Shown one piece after another: positions 1 through 10,293 of a stretch of DNA of 64,000 nucleotides. The stretch's first letter is position 1. Every line of letters starts with the position of its first letter. The notes beneath the pieces were generated by a model. That model searched no databases, was not told the DNA's origin, and saw only the letters and a program-made list of their open reading frames with translations. Location of the stretch: the NCBI GenBank assembly GCA_945882015.1, contig CAMCVM010000004.1, positions 35,473 to 99,472 on the forward strand, in the 5' to 3' direction. This DNA comes from a candidate division TM6 bacterium GW2011_GWF2_32_72 (GTDB lineage: Bacteria; Babelota; Babeliae; Babelales; CAIQNR01). The translations under genes were made by a program, and so were the position numbers.

Positions 1-469
1 ACATAGCCCAGGGAACACATAAAAAGCCGATATCAACATTACCCCATAAAGGAATAGTTCTAACGGTAGTAAACCCAACAGTATATAACCATGCCATTAC
101 CACTAAAAAAGAGGCTGCAATTTGTGCTATAAATTTTGACCGAGCACTAATTCCTTTTTTATAACACACTTTGCCCCAATCGTCCCATGCCCCTATTGTC
201 GCAAAGCTTAAAAAACATAATAAGGCAATTGCTACTAAAGGGTTAGCTAAAGATGCACAAAACAGCATGGTAATTACCGCAGAAAGCACAATAAAAATAC
301 CTCCCATAGTTGGAGTGTCATTTTTAATTTGGTGCGTTTGTGGGGTCCATTGACGCGCTTTTGCCTTAAAAAATTTACTTGCATTGCCAATAAAGAGCTT
401 TCCCAACACTAAAGAAAGACCAAAAGAGCTCAAAAAACCGACTAACTTAAGCACACCAAAACCCTTCAA
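1..469 (-). CDS. mraY: Phospho-N-acetylmuramoyl-pentapeptide transferase MraY, N-terminal part (gene runs off window start)
   Basis: Own minus-strand translation from TTG at 469 (in-frame TAA just upstream): MKGFGVLKLVGFLSSFGLSLVLGKLFIGNASKFFKAKARQWTPQTHQIKNDTPTMGGIFIV...IGAWDDWGKV.... The TPTMGG and DDxxK motifs plus the TM pattern are typical of MraY. Absent from the ORF track because it has no stop inside the window. Confidence 0.85.
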   Translation of the reverse strand, partial: MKGFGVLKLVGFLSSFGLSLVLGKLFIGNASKFFKAKARQWTPQTHQIKNDTPTMGGIFIVLSAVITMLFCASLANPLVAIALLCFLSFATIGAWDDWGKVCYKKGISARSKFIAQIAASFLVVMAWLYTVGFTTVRTIPLWGNVDIGFLCVPWAM

Positions 470-623
470 TTACAATATGAAAATAAAAAAACAGCTTAAT
501 AAGCTCATTTAGCTTATCAGAGAGAGCCTTTTGACTCTACTTTTTAATACAGTACACTAGTAAGTCCTTATGTAAAGGGCTTTTTTTGGAATTTGTTATT
601 TATAAAATAAGGAATTTAAACTT

Positions 624-1235
624 ATGAAATCAAAATGTACAAAAAGCATACTTATCTTGGGAATCGGCCTCTTAATATCATGTCAACCTGCTCAGGCTGA
701 CCAAATTGCTATGGCAGCGCATGCTGCTGCAATTAATCAAGCAAAAGAAGATCCACTTAAACTTCTAGGTTTACCAAAATGGAGCCCTACGCAGGTAATT
801 ACCTATGTTCAAGCAGTCCTTGAAGGAAAGTATTCTGATTTTTTTGAAAATCATTTAGAATTAATCGTACAAATGGGGCACGCTGACCTTGCTGCATATC
901 TTGAAGCATTTGCTAATGGATACCAAGCAACATGTTTTCCACTTCCTTTGTATGCAACCAAACTTTTAGCTAGCTATCCAATTAGCGGTAAACTAATAGG
1001 GAAATTAACAGGCATGCTTATGGCGATTAAAGGAAAAGACCATATCTGGCAAGCCGTTCTTGCAGTAAGACGCCCTACAACTCAAACAACGGTAAAAACG
1101 GTTGTCTTAGAAGAAGACACAGATTTTATTCAAGATGGTAAACACAATCAAGTACATACCAACGTATTGGTTGAACAAACTGTTACGAGCAAACCCTTGC
1201 AACAGCGTTCAAAAAATAGAACTTCTGGCAATTAA
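624..1235 (+). CDS. Putative lipoprotein, unknown function
   Basis: 203-aa ORF. N-terminus MKSKCTKSILILGIGLLISC has a lipobox-like LISC after a hydrophobic core. No recognisable domain. Followed by a hairpin terminator. Confidence 0.55.
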   Translation: MKSKCTKSILILGIGLLISCQPAQADQIAMAAHAAAINQAKEDPLKLLGLPKWSPTQVITYVQAVLEGKYSDFFENHLELIVQMGHADLAAYLEAFANGYQATCFPLPLYATKLLASYPISGKLIGKLTGMLMAIKGKDHIWQAVLAVRRPTTQTTVKTVVLEEDTDFIQDGKHNQVHTNVLVEQTVTSKPLQQRSKNRTSGN

Positions 1236-1300
1236 CATAAACTAAAAAACGGTAGGGGGCGTGGGGGTTTTACACGTTGCTATCGATTGAATAATGAATT

Positions 1301-1344
1301 ATAATAAGTCCTTGAAGAAATAATTTCAGGGACTTATTATTTTG
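1301..1344 (+). terminator. Rho-independent terminator after ORF 624-1235
   Basis: ATAATAAGTCCTTGAA ... TTCAGGGACTTATTAT inverted repeat (16 bp, one mismatch) followed by TTTT. Confidence 0.6.
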
Positions 1345-1363
1345 TGAAAGCATATTAAAGAAT

Positions 1364-3166
1364 ATGAACAGTGGATACCAATTTGATGTCATTGTTGTAG
1401 GGGCAGGCCATGCTGGCGTTGAAGCTGCATACTCTTGTGCAAAAATGGGCTCAAAAACAGCTCTTATTTCTTTAACGCTGAGCAAAATAGGGTACATGCC
1501 TTGCAACCCCGCAATCGGCGGAATCGGCAAAGGCCACATTGTTTTTGAAATTAGCGCCCTTGGTGGTTTAATGCCACAACTATGCACTAAAACCTATCTA
1601 CAAGCTCGTATGCTGAACACTAAAAAAGGGCCTGCTGTTCATGGGCTGCGTCTTCAAATTGATAAAGTTGCTTATGCGCAAGAAGCTCAAAAAAGACTTA
1701 AGGCTACTGAAAACTTAACGCTGATTGAAGGCATGGTTGAAAAACTGGTTCAAGATAATCAGGGGAAACTATGTGGCGTTGTTTTAAAAGATGGAACTGA
1801 AATTTCAGCAAAATCGATTGTTTTAACCACTGGAACATTCTTAAATGGACTGGTGCATATTGGACTGCACAATTACCCTTCAGGCAGAGAAGACGAAGAA
1901 CCGGTTATTAACTTAACCCATTCTCTGCGTTCCTTAGGGATTGCAATGGGAAGATTAAAAACAGGGACTCCTCCACGCTTATTGCGTTCTTCTATTAATT
2001 GGGATTTGCTTGAAAAACAGGAAGCTGACAATCTTGATTCATTATTTGAATTTTATCCCCATCAAACAACTACCAAACGCGATTGCTATATTACTCATAC
2101 TAATGAAAAAGTGCATGAAATCATTCGAAAAAATGCACATCTGTCTCCAATTTTAAGAAAAGAAATTACTGGTACAGGGCCACGTTATTGTCCTTCTATT
2201 GAAGATAAAATTACGCGTTTTGCAGGAAAAACTGCTCATCAAGTGTTTGTAGAACCAGAAAGTGAATCAACTGATTGGATTTACCCAAACGGCCTTTCAA
2301 CTTCTTTACCGCTTGAAGTACAAAAACAGTACATTCAAGCAATTAAAGGTTTTGAAAATGCTGAAATTGTCAGAGCTGGATATGCTATTGAATATGATTT
2401 TGCATTTCCGAATCAATTAAAACACACCCTTGAAGTTAAAAAAGTCCCTGGACTGTTTTTAGCAGGACAATTGAATGGAACAACCGGATACGAAGAAGCT
2501 GCTGGCCAAGGTTTAATCGCTGGTATTAATGCACATTTACACGCACACAATTTACCACCTTTTATGCTTGATCGTACTGAAAGTTACATTGGTGTTATGA
2601 TTGACGATCTTGTTACGTTTGGAGTTGATGAACCGTATCGAATGTTTACTTCGCGGGCAGAACGCCGTTTACTCTTGCGTCAAGATAATGTCTTTTTACG
2701 TTTAACTGACAAGGCATATCACCTTGGAATGATTAATGAACAATTCTATAAAGATTTTGCGCAAGAAAAAGCATTAATTGCCACAACCATTGAATCTCTC
2801 AAAAAAGGACACAATAGCACTGCATTATTACGATTGTTCAATGAAAATGAGCATCCTGAAAGAATATTACAAGCAGAAGGCTATACCAATTTAACCGTTC
2901 GTAACTGCCAAACTATTCAAGCTTCAATTAAGTATGCACCGTATATTGAGCGTGAAGAAAAAGAAGTAGAACGACTTAAAAATTATCAAACAATGAAAAT
3001 TCCTGTCACATTTGACTATATCAATTGCGATGGACTTTCTATGGAACTGCGTCATAAATGTATTAAACATGCCCCACAAACTATCGCGCAAGCATCATTA
3101 ATTCCAGGGATGACCCCTGCTGCACTTTCTTTGCTCATTTTAAAAGTTACCCTTGCACAAAAATAG
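1364..3166 (+). CDS. mnmG: tRNA uridine 5-carboxymethylaminomethyl modification enzyme MnmG (GidA)
   Basis: 600 aa. FDVIVVGAGHAGVEAAYSCAKMG FAD fold at the N-terminus and internal GTTGYEEAAGQGLIAG. Size and layout are typical of MnmG. Confidence 0.95.
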   Translation: MNSGYQFDVIVVGAGHAGVEAAYSCAKMGSKTALISLTLSKIGYMPCNPAIGGIGKGHIVFEISALGGLMPQLCTKTYLQARMLNTKKGPAVHGLRLQIDKVAYAQEAQKRLKATENLTLIEGMVEKLVQDNQGKLCGVVLKDGTEISAKSIVLTTGTFLNGLVHIGLHNYPSGREDEEPVINLTHSLRSLGIAMGRLKTGTPPRLLRSSINWDLLEKQEADNLDSLFEFYPHQTTTKRDCYITHTNEKVHEIIRKNAHLSPILRKEITGTGPRYCPSIEDKITRFAGKTAHQVFVEPESESTDWIYPNGLSTSLPLEVQKQYIQAIKGFENAEIVRAGYAIEYDFAFPNQLKHTLEVKKVPGLFLAGQLNGTTGYEEAAGQGLIAGINAHLHAHNLPPFMLDRTESYIGVMIDDLVTFGVDEPYRMFTSRAERRLLLRQDNVFLRLTDKAYHLGMINEQFYKDFAQEKALIATTIESLKKGHNSTALLRLFNENEHPERILQAEGYTNLTVRNCQTIQASIKYAPYIEREEKEVERLKNYQTMKIPVTFDYINCDGLSMELRHKCIKHAPQTIAQASLIPGMTPAALSLLILKVTLAQK

Positions 3167-3174
3167 GAATAAGT

Positions 3175-3939
3175 ATGTCTCCAATACTTTTGCATCTCTG
3201 GGGCCCTTTATCTATCCATGTGTATGGGTTATTTGTTGCCTTGGGTGCTTTAACAGGGATTTATTGCGCATCAAAAGATAAAAAAATTAAAGCTATCATG
3301 CCCAACGATGAATTCATGACGTTTGCAATCTTTATCATGATTGCTGCAGTAATCGGCGGCAGATTATTATTTGCTATAGAAATGTTTGATCACCTTGAAT
3401 CTTGGATAGATATTTTTAAATTTTGGGAGCCAGGTTATGCTATTCTAGGCTCTATTGCTGCATCGTTACTCTTAAGTGTAATGTATCTTAAAACTTATTA
3501 CGGGCAGATTTTTTTAGTTTTAGACAGAATAGCTTTGTACGCTCCGTTGGCACAAAGCATTGCGCGACTTGGTTGTTATTTTACCGGTTGTTGTTATGGC
3601 ATTTGCACTACTGTTTCGTGGGCTGTTGTCTATACTGATCACAATAATCTTGCACCATTATACACGTTATTGCATCCAACTCAGTTATATAGCGCTTTAA
3701 CCCTTTTTATACTCTTTATTTGCTTACAATTAGTGCAAAAAATGTTTACAAAACCTGGGCAATTAGCTGGACTGTATCTTATGGGTGCAGCGCTTGAAAG
3801 ATTTTTTGTTGATTTTTTCCGTGCAGATCGCGAACTGACTACAGTAATGCTTTCTCCTGCGCAAATAGTTGCCATCTGCTTATTTGTTATTGGATTGTTT
3901 TTTTTATATAAAGATTTTTATGCACAATCAAACAAGTAA
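3175..3939 (+). CDS. lgt: Prolipoprotein diacylglyceryl transferase
   Basis: 254-aa polytopic membrane ORF. GLFVALG, GGRLLF, GCYFTGCCYG and HPTQLYSAL segments match the Lgt family pattern. Confidence 0.88.
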   Translation: MSPILLHLWGPLSIHVYGLFVALGALTGIYCASKDKKIKAIMPNDEFMTFAIFIMIAAVIGGRLLFAIEMFDHLESWIDIFKFWEPGYAILGSIAASLLLSVMYLKTYYGQIFLVLDRIALYAPLAQSIARLGCYFTGCCYGICTTVSWAVVYTDHNNLAPLYTLLHPTQLYSALTLFILFICLQLVQKMFTKPGQLAGLYLMGAALERFFVDFFRADRELTTVMLSPAQIVAICLFVIGLFFLYKDFYAQSNK

Positions 3940-5689
3940 TCTTTTTAATTTCATCAAACAACGTGTTTCAATTTTACAAGTAATTAATGAATATGTTGTA
4001 TTGAAAAAAGCTGGTTATTATTGGAAAGGCTGTTGCCCTTTTCATGACGAAAAAACTGCCTCTTTTACTGTCAGTCCACACAAAGAAATTTTTTATTGTT
4101 TTGGATGCCATGCTGGCGGTGATGTAATTAGTTTTATTACCAAAGTAGAAAATTGTCAGCCAATTGATGCGGTAAAGCAACTAGCAGACCGTTATAATAT
4201 CAATCTACCTGAAACGGTAATCTCTCCTGAATTTTATGAAAAAGCTGATGATAAAAAACGTTATTTCCAACTTTGTCAGATTGTTTCACAATGGACAGAA
4301 AAACAGCTAGAAAAATATCCGTCGGTAATTAGCTATTTAGAAAAACGAGGTTTTACCCAAGAAAGCATTAAAGCTTTTCAAGTTGGGTACTTTCCCAGTG
4401 GTGCTAAAAATTTTAAAACCTTAACGCAAGAGCTGACTGAAAATAACTTCTTAATCAAAGATCTGCTCGATGTTCATTTAATAGAAGAAGGTAAAGGTAC
4501 CTTTTATTCTCCGTTTGAAGATCGCGTAATCTTTCCTATCAAAGACCATTTAGGAAGATTTTGTGGCTTTGGCGGAAGAATATTTAAACCGGATGACCAA
4601 CGTTCTAAATATTATAATTCACGAGAAAATAACTACTTTCAAAAAGGATCCATTTTATTTGGATTTGATAAAGCAAAAAAAACAATTCAAAAATCGGGTC
4701 AAGCTTTTTTAGTTGAAGGATATACTGACTGTATCGCTATGGTGCAACATGGATACACCAATACCGTTGCAACATTAGGAACTGCTTGCACACTAGAACA
4801 TTTAAAATTATTAGCCTATCATGCTCAAACTGTTTTTTTAGTTTATGATGCTGACACAGCGGGACATAATGCGATGCTACGCCTTGCTGAGTTATGTTGG
4901 CAGGTCAACCTTGACCTTAAAACTATTTTTCTTCCTGAAGGTGATGACCCTGCTTCGTTTTTAGAATCAAGTGGGGACTTTAACCAACTGAGGGAGCAAG
5001 CACAGGACATTCTTTCATTTTTCTTAATCAATGTAGGTAAAGAATTTTCTAATCAAAGCTTACAAGAAAAATTAACAGGAATGCGCAAGATTTTGGCTGT
5101 CTTAAAGAATCTAGATGACCCACTAAAGCAGGATATTTTATTGCAAAAAGCTGCAGCTATTTTTGACATTCCATTTGATTCTCTTAAAAATGAGCTTAAA
5201 CGAACCAAGACTCAACAAACTTTAGAACCTGATTTAAAAACAGAGATTAAGCCTGCTTTAGCTGAAATATCTGCAATAGAAAAAAAGTTTATTTGTGCTA
5301 TACTTAACAATCGTGAGCTTTTACTTAAAAAAGAGGTTGCACGATTGGTTGAATATATTGCCCCTGATTTACAAGTGATTATTGATAAATTAAAGGCTAT
5401 AGAAGTAATCACAGAAAAAGATGGCTTTTTGTTATTTTTTGACTCTCTTGAATATCATGAAAAACAGTTGGTAAATAATATTTTATTAAGTAATGATGAT
5501 CAAGCAGATGAACAAGAACTTGAGTCTATTTTACTGCTACTTGAAAAGAAGTATTGGAAAAAAATTGTTGGAGATACCAAACTACAAATTGCACGTGCTC
5601 AACAAGAAGATAATGCCGAAAAAGTAAATGATATTGTTGTTTCTTTTCTTACATTAAAGAAAAAGCTATTGCGTAGAGGGCTAATATAA
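3920..5689 (+). CDS. dnaG: DNA primase
   Basis: Zinc-binding [29 protein letters not shown] and [14 protein letters not shown]...[10 protein letters not shown]. Start set at ATG 3920 ([18 protein letters not shown]), because the ORF-track start 3869 lies inside lgt. Confidence 0.9.
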   Translation: MHNQTSNLFNFIKQRVSILQVINEYVVLKKAGYYWKGCCPFHDEKTASFTVSPHKEIFYCFGCHAGGDVISFITKVENCQPIDAVKQLADRYNINLPETVISPEFYEKADDKKRYFQLCQIVSQWTEKQLEKYPSVISYLEKRGFTQESIKAFQVGYFPSGAKNFKTLTQELTENNFLIKDLLDVHLIEEGKGTFYSPFEDRVIFPIKDHLGRFCGFGGRIFKPDDQRSKYYNSRENNYFQKGSILFGFDKAKKTIQKSGQAFLVEGYTDCIAMVQHGYTNTVATLGTACTLEHLKLLAYHAQTVFLVYDADTAGHNAMLRLAELCWQVNLDLKTIFLPEGDDPASFLESSGDFNQLREQAQDILSFFLINVGKEFSNQSLQEKLTGMRKILAVLKNLDDPLKQDILLQKAAAIFDIPFDSLKNELKRTKTQQTLEPDLKTEIKPALAEISAIEKKFICAILNNRELLLKKEVARLVEYIAPDLQVIIDKLKAIEVITEKDGFLLFFDSLEYHEKQLVNNILLSNDDQADEQELESILLLLEKKYWKKIVGDTKLQIARAQQEDNAEKVNDIVVSFLTLKKKLLRRGLI

Positions 5690-8001
5690 TGGTAATAAAA
5701 ACGATTCTGACTCGACTAATTGGTAGCAAAACAACAGCAAAAAATAAAAAGAAAACTCAAAAAAAGAGTGTTAAAAAAGTTTTGAAAAAAGTTTCTGTAA
5801 AAAAATCTTCTAAACATTCCTCTAAAAAAATTACTGCTAAAAAGATGGGCAAGTCGGTACAGCCAAAAAAAGTAGTTAAAAAGACTCTGACTCAAAAAAA
5901 AGTAGCTAAAAAAAGCTTACCTGCAACAGCTCCAGCAAAAAAGATCATTAAACAAGTAGCCTCACAAAAAACAGTTACCAAACCTTTAGTAAAAACAATG
6001 ACCTTACCAACACCAAAACCACTTACAAAAAAAATGGCTGCTCCAGCGACACAAAAAAATAAAGTTTCTGTTGTTCCTAAAAAACCGATCAATACTTTTG
6101 AAAAAAAAGTAACAGCTTCTGCTAAACCGCTTATCAAAAAAAAGAAAGTGGTTACCGTTGCCAAAAAGATTGACCCTAGCCAAGAAAGCGTTGAAGCGCT
6201 TATTGAAAAAGGAAAAAGAAACGGCAACCTGAGTTATGAAGAAGTTATCGCTTTTAATGAGCACAACAATTTGTCAGAGGCTAAAGCTAATGCTCTTTTA
6301 AAAACGCTTGAAAAAGAAAATATTGAATTGGTTATGGAAGATGATCTTGACAGTGCTGCAGTTGATTTAGGCTCATCTGATCGCGATACTACTAAACGTA
6401 AAGATCTTGCTGCGTATTCACTTGATACTGAAGATGGCAATGAAGATGATGACGATGAAGATGTAAGCCAAGACGAAGAAGAAACTGATGAACCAGAAGA
6501 ACGTACCACCAGCGAACTGACTCATATTGCTGATGGTGTAAAATGTTATTTAAGAGATATTGGTAAAATACCGCTTTTAAATAAAACAACCGAAAAAGTT
6601 ATCGCTGACAGCATAGCAAGTTGCAAACGTCTTTCTATTGATTCTATTTCTCGCTTTCCTTTTGTGCATAAAGAATTTGTGCAAATGGGTGACCGTTTAA
6701 GAAAAAACACCATTGCCCTTAAAGATATTATTCAGTTTGCTGAATTTGACGAAGAAAACTTACCTAAAATTACTGAAGAAAAAAATGCATTATTAGTGGT
6801 GATTGATAAAATCAATGCACTGATCAATAATGAAGAAAAAATTTATAGCACCTATCGCAAGGATCTTTCTTCTACCGCAAAAAAGAAAGAAATGCTTGAT
6901 AAGGTTAAAGAAAATAAAGAAGCTATTGCGCTGACTATTCAATCGATCAGAATTACTAATAAATTAATTAGAAAACTGGGTAAACGAATTGAAAAATTAC
7001 TAGCAAAAGTACAAGAACGAGAAGAAGCTATAAAAATTGCTGAGGTTGCGCTTGCTAAATTTTCAAAAATTAAAAAACCAACAGAGAATGACTTACAAGA
7101 AATTGAAACATTACAAGTAACAATCAGAGCTTCTCATAAAGCAATTAGAAAAGTTGAACAAGAAGCTGGGTTACCACTTGCTGATATCAGAAAATATTTT
7201 AAGCAATTGATGAAAAATCAACGCGATGATAAAAAATCAAAAGATGAATTAGCAAAAGCAAACTTACGATTAGTCGTTAATATTGCAAAAAAATATGTTA
7301 ATCGCGGTCTTCATTTTCTTGATTTGATTCAAGAAGGTAATATTGGCCTTATGAAAGCTGTTGAAAAATTTGAATTTGAACGTGGATACAAATTTTCAAC
7401 CTATGCAACCTGGTGGATTAGACAAGCCATTACTCGTGCTATTGCAGACCAATCAAGAACCATCCGTGTTCCGGTGCATATGGTAGAAACGCTTAATAAA
7501 ATTAACAAAATTAAACGTATCTTTATTCAACAAAACGGTCGCGAACCATCTTATGCTGAACTAGCAAAAGAATTGAATCTTGATGAAAAGAAGATTAAAA
7601 ATATCATTAAAATTTCAAAGGAACCAATTTCGCTTGAAACCCCAGTAGGTGACAGTGAAGATGCGTACATTAAAGATTTTATTGAAAATGATAAAGATTT
7701 TTCACCTGCTGACACCGTAGCCAATACCGATTTAAAAAAACGAGTACGAGAAATCCTAAAAACGTTGACCCCTCGTGAAGAAAAAGTTCTTAAGATGCGT
7801 TTTGGTATCGATGTTGCTTCTGAACATACGCTTGAAGAAGTTGGAAAAGATTTTTCAGTTACCAGAGAGCGAATTCGTCAAATTGAAGTGAAAGCATTGC
7901 GTAAACTACGAAATCCTTCACGTAGCAAAAAATTACAATCGTTTTTTGAAAAAGAATTTGATAGTCTTCCAATAGAAGAAGAAGAAACTATTGAAGATTA
8001 A
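5689..8001 (+). CDS. rpoD: RNA polymerase primary sigma factor (sigma-70 family) with long Lys-rich N-terminal extension
   Basis: The C-terminal half carries regions 2-4: [32 protein letters not shown] and [28 protein letters not shown]. The ATG overlaps the dnaG stop (TAATG), giving the dnaG-rpoD order of the macromolecular synthesis operon. Confidence 0.95.
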   Translation: MVIKTILTRLIGSKTTAKNKKKTQKKSVKKVLKKVSVKKSSKHSSKKITAKKMGKSVQPKKVVKKTLTQKKVAKKSLPATAPAKKIIKQVASQKTVTKPLVKTMTLPTPKPLTKKMAAPATQKNKVSVVPKKPINTFEKKVTASAKPLIKKKKVVTVAKKIDPSQESVEALIEKGKRNGNLSYEEVIAFNEHNNLSEAKANALLKTLEKENIELVMEDDLDSAAVDLGSSDRDTTKRKDLAAYSLDTEDGNEDDDDEDVSQDEEETDEPEERTTSELTHIADGVKCYLRDIGKIPLLNKTTEKVIADSIASCKRLSIDSISRFPFVHKEFVQMGDRLRKNTIALKDIIQFAEFDEENLPKITEEKNALLVVIDKINALINNEEKIYSTYRKDLSSTAKKKEMLDKVKENKEAIALTIQSIRITNKLIRKLGKRIEKLLAKVQEREEAIKIAEVALAKFSKIKKPTENDLQEIETLQVTIRASHKAIRKVEQEAGLPLADIRKYFKQLMKNQRDDKKSKDELAKANLRLVVNIAKKYVNRGLHFLDLIQEGNIGLMKAVEKFEFERGYKFSTYATWWIRQAITRAIADQSRTIRVPVHMVETLNKINKIKRIFIQQNGREPSYAELAKELNLDEKKIKNIIKISKEPISLETPVGDSEDAYIKDFIENDKDFSPADTVANTDLKKRVREILKTLTPREEKVLKMRFGIDVASEHTLEEVGKDFSVTRERIRQIEVKALRKLRNPSRSKKLQSFFEKEFDSLPIEEEETIED

Positions 8002-8017
8002 AAAAAGGTGACCTCAG

Positions 8018-9301
8018 ATGATTGATTTACCCAGCCAATTATGGATCAAAATAGCATGTTCAGGTATTGCTTTATTCGGATGCGCTCTCTTTTCTTTTAT
8101 GGAAACGTCCATAACTTCTCTGCGGTTATTCAATCTTAAAGAGCTAGCAAAGAAGACGGGTCGTTATAATTCTTTTTTTACCGCAATAGAAGAAGAACCT
8201 CAAAGAGTTTTAATTGCTATTTTAATCTCAAGTTGTATCTCAAACGTTATTGCTGCTGACCTTATTACTGATATTGTAGAAGCAAGTTTATTGTCTGCCC
8301 TGATTCCTGTTCCATGGAATTTTATTTTAGGTGTTGCTGTCGCAACTATTTTAATTTTACTGTTTGGTGAAATTATTCCTAAAAATCTTGCGCAAGGAAA
8401 GTCTGATCGTTTGTTCCAGTCAATCTTATGGTTAGCAAACATTACTTTCCATATTATGGGACCACTGGTTACACTGCTTTCTCGCTTTTCACGCATTATT
8501 GTAAAAATGATGGGAGCTGAACAAACAGATGCAACAGAAACGGTCGCCTCTGAAGAAGAAATTCAATTTTTAATTGCTCATATTAAAGCAAAAGGAAAAA
8601 TGGATTCTGAAAAATCAGAAATGTTGCATAGTATTTTTGATTTAGCTGATACCACTATTAACGAAATTATGGTTCCAGAATCAGATATTGTAACATTAAA
8701 TATAGAAACTTCACTTGAAGACACATTAGCTATTTTTGCACGACACCATTTTTCACGACTTCCTGTTTATGATGACAATAAACCAAATAACATTATCGGC
8801 ATGGTTCATCAAAAGGATATCTTTTTATTACTTGCTAAAAATGAACGTAAGCCTTTGCGTGAACTTGTCAGACCGATTCTTTTTGTACCAGAAAGTATGA
8901 AAGTTAATCAGTTATTGCGTCAATTTAAGGAACAAAGACATCATATTGCTATGGTTCTTAATGAATATGGGGGCATTATTGGTATTGTTACCCTTGAAGA
9001 TGCGCTTGAAGAAATTGTAGGCGATATTAACGATGAGCATGAATCAGTTGCTGACTATATTGTTGAACTTGAAAGTGGTAACTGGCTTGTTTACGGCGGA
9101 GTAAGTCTTGAAACGCTTGAAAAAGCTCTAAGTATTACTTTTGCAACAGAAGACAGTGTTACACTCGGCGGGTTTTTAACTGAAAAAATGCAACACCTGC
9201 CTAAAAAAGGTGAACAATTCCATTATAAGGGCTATATTTTTGAAATTCAAAAAGCAACCCAAAAGCGTATTATTCAAATTCTGATTATCAAAGGTTCATA
9301 A
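8018..9301 (+). CDS. DUF21/CBS-pair/CorC_HlyC family membrane protein (hemolysin C / Mg-Co efflux-like)
   Basis: 427 aa. N-terminal TM helices, two CBS-like repeats (MVPESDIVTL..., IIGMVHQKDIF...) and C-terminal LEDALEEIVGDINDEHE. RBS AAGGTGA upstream. Confidence 0.85.
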   Translation: MIDLPSQLWIKIACSGIALFGCALFSFMETSITSLRLFNLKELAKKTGRYNSFFTAIEEEPQRVLIAILISSCISNVIAADLITDIVEASLLSALIPVPWNFILGVAVATILILLFGEIIPKNLAQGKSDRLFQSILWLANITFHIMGPLVTLLSRFSRIIVKMMGAEQTDATETVASEEEIQFLIAHIKAKGKMDSEKSEMLHSIFDLADTTINEIMVPESDIVTLNIETSLEDTLAIFARHHFSRLPVYDDNKPNNIIGMVHQKDIFLLLAKNERKPLRELVRPILFVPESMKVNQLLRQFKEQRHHIAMVLNEYGGIIGIVTLEDALEEIVGDINDEHESVADYIVELESGNWLVYGGVSLETLEKALSITFATEDSVTLGGFLTEKMQHLPKKGEQFHYKGYIFEIQKATQKRIIQILIIKGS

Positions 9302-9405
9302 TCATTTACTATTTTTTCTTAACTGAGCTGATTGTCTTTTAGTATACCAAAAAAAGACGGCAGCTCATGTTTCTGTTTTATCCAACCAACCAAAAGGAAA
9401 AAACT

Positions 9406-9789
9406 ATGATGAAAAAATATGGTTCTTTATTGTTACTGTTACTGTGCTTTAAAAGCCAAGCTTTGCAAAGACCTCAACAACAGCAGCAACAAAAACAACA
9501 CAATGAAGATTATGATCCAACACCAGTAGTATTACAAAATATTGGAGGTGCTATTGCTAGTTTTGTGCAACTTGCTGCTGATCCTGAAAGTGATCGTGCT
9601 GCAAAGCATATTGGAGGAATATTTCAAGCATTTGCCAATATTTGCAATGTAACTCGCAACAAAAAAGACACTGCAAAGATGCTTAAACAACTTGAGCTGA
9701 GATTAATTGCTTTTTTTGCGACACCCGAAGGTAAAGAATTTTTAGATAAATTACAAGAAAAAATTATAGAGGATAGTAAGCTCAGTTAA
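9406..9789 (+). CDS. Exported protein, unknown function (poly-Q tract)
   Basis: Start chosen at the ATGATG preceded by AAAGGA. MMKKYGSLLLLLLCFKSQA looks like a signal peptide and is followed by QQQQQQKQ. No domain recognised. Confidence 0.5.
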   Translation: MMKKYGSLLLLLLCFKSQALQRPQQQQQQKQHNEDYDPTPVVLQNIGGAIASFVQLAADPESDRAAKHIGGIFQAFANICNVTRNKKDTAKMLKQLELRLIAFFATPEGKEFLDKLQEKIIEDSKLS

Positions 9790-9915
9790 TACAGTTTAAA
9801 TAAAATTACAAAGCTGCCGTCACGCAGGCTTTTAACAAAACTCTTGACTGAGATTCAAGCAACCCCGTAACATGAAAAAGTGTTATTAACTTTTTTATTA
9901 AAAAGGATCACTGTT

Positions 9916-10116
9916 ATGTTACCACTTCGCAATAAGACTCAATACAACGAACCCCCTAGCCTTAATTCTTTAAAACTCCCCCTTAATAGAGTTTCACGCA
10001 CTTTTTTTGCTGCACTCTCTTTTATTACTCTTTTTTTCTATTCAGTCTCTTATTTTAAGCATACTAATATCTTTACGGCCTACGCCATTATTCTAGTCTA
10101 TACAATCTTTATTTAA
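9916..10116 (+). CDS. Possible small membrane protein (66 aa)
   Basis: ATG preceded by AAAGGA. The C-terminal half (FFAALSFITLFFYSV...AYAIILVYTIFI) is hydrophobic. Weak call with no homology recognised. Confidence 0.3.
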   Translation: MLPLRNKTQYNEPPSLNSLKLPLNRVSRTFFAALSFITLFFYSVSYFKHTNIFTAYAIILVYTIFI

Positions 10117-10163
10117 TTATTCTTCGGTCTTTTTAACGTGTTGTTACCTAAAAAGGAAAACTC

Positions 10164-10289
10164 ATGAACAGATTACTGTTATCAGTAGCTTTTTTTTCTA
10201 TGCTCTTTTTTAATTGTTGTAATGCTTGTCCATTTAAATTAAAAGGGACACATCCTCAGATAGAACAATGTGCCCTTTTAAAAGTATGA
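10164..10289 (+). CDS. Possible small Cys-rich exported peptide (41 aa), below the ORF-track cutoff
   Basis: Own translation: MNRLLLSVAFFSMLFFNCCNACPFKLKGTHPQIEQCALLKV. AAAAGGAAAA RBS lies 4 nt upstream of the ATG. Confidence 0.35.
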   Translation: MNRLLLSVAFFSMLFFNCCNACPFKLKGTHPQIEQCALLKV

Positions 10290-10293
10290 TAAT

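Noticed and set aside
171-353. 60-aa plus-strand ORF in the track
   Set aside because: It lies entirely antisense to the well-supported mraY coding sequence, with no RBS and no recognisable features. It is an antisense artefact.
5700-6200. A-rich, quasi-repetitive DNA that could be taken for a simple-sequence repeat or AT-rich island
   Set aside because: It is in frame with rpoD and encodes the KKxxKK extension. There is no fixed repeat unit at the DNA level.
5892-6589. Four overlapping minus-strand ORFs (111, 86, 91 and 65 aa) inside rpoD
   Set aside because: They are the reverse complement of the Lys-rich (AAA/AAG) and Asp/Glu-rich low-complexity coding tracts of rpoD. They translate to Phe/Leu/Ser-rich nonsense, and the same DNA is explained by a high-confidence gene.
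9357-9822. 10-bp inverted repeat GACGGCAGCT / AGCTGCCGTC flanking ORF 9406-9789, considered as terminal inverted repeats of a miniature mobile element
   Set aside because: The match does not extend beyond 10 bp and there are no target-site duplications. Each copy is better explained as part of a local hairpin, and such 10-mer pairs within 500 bp are expected by chance.
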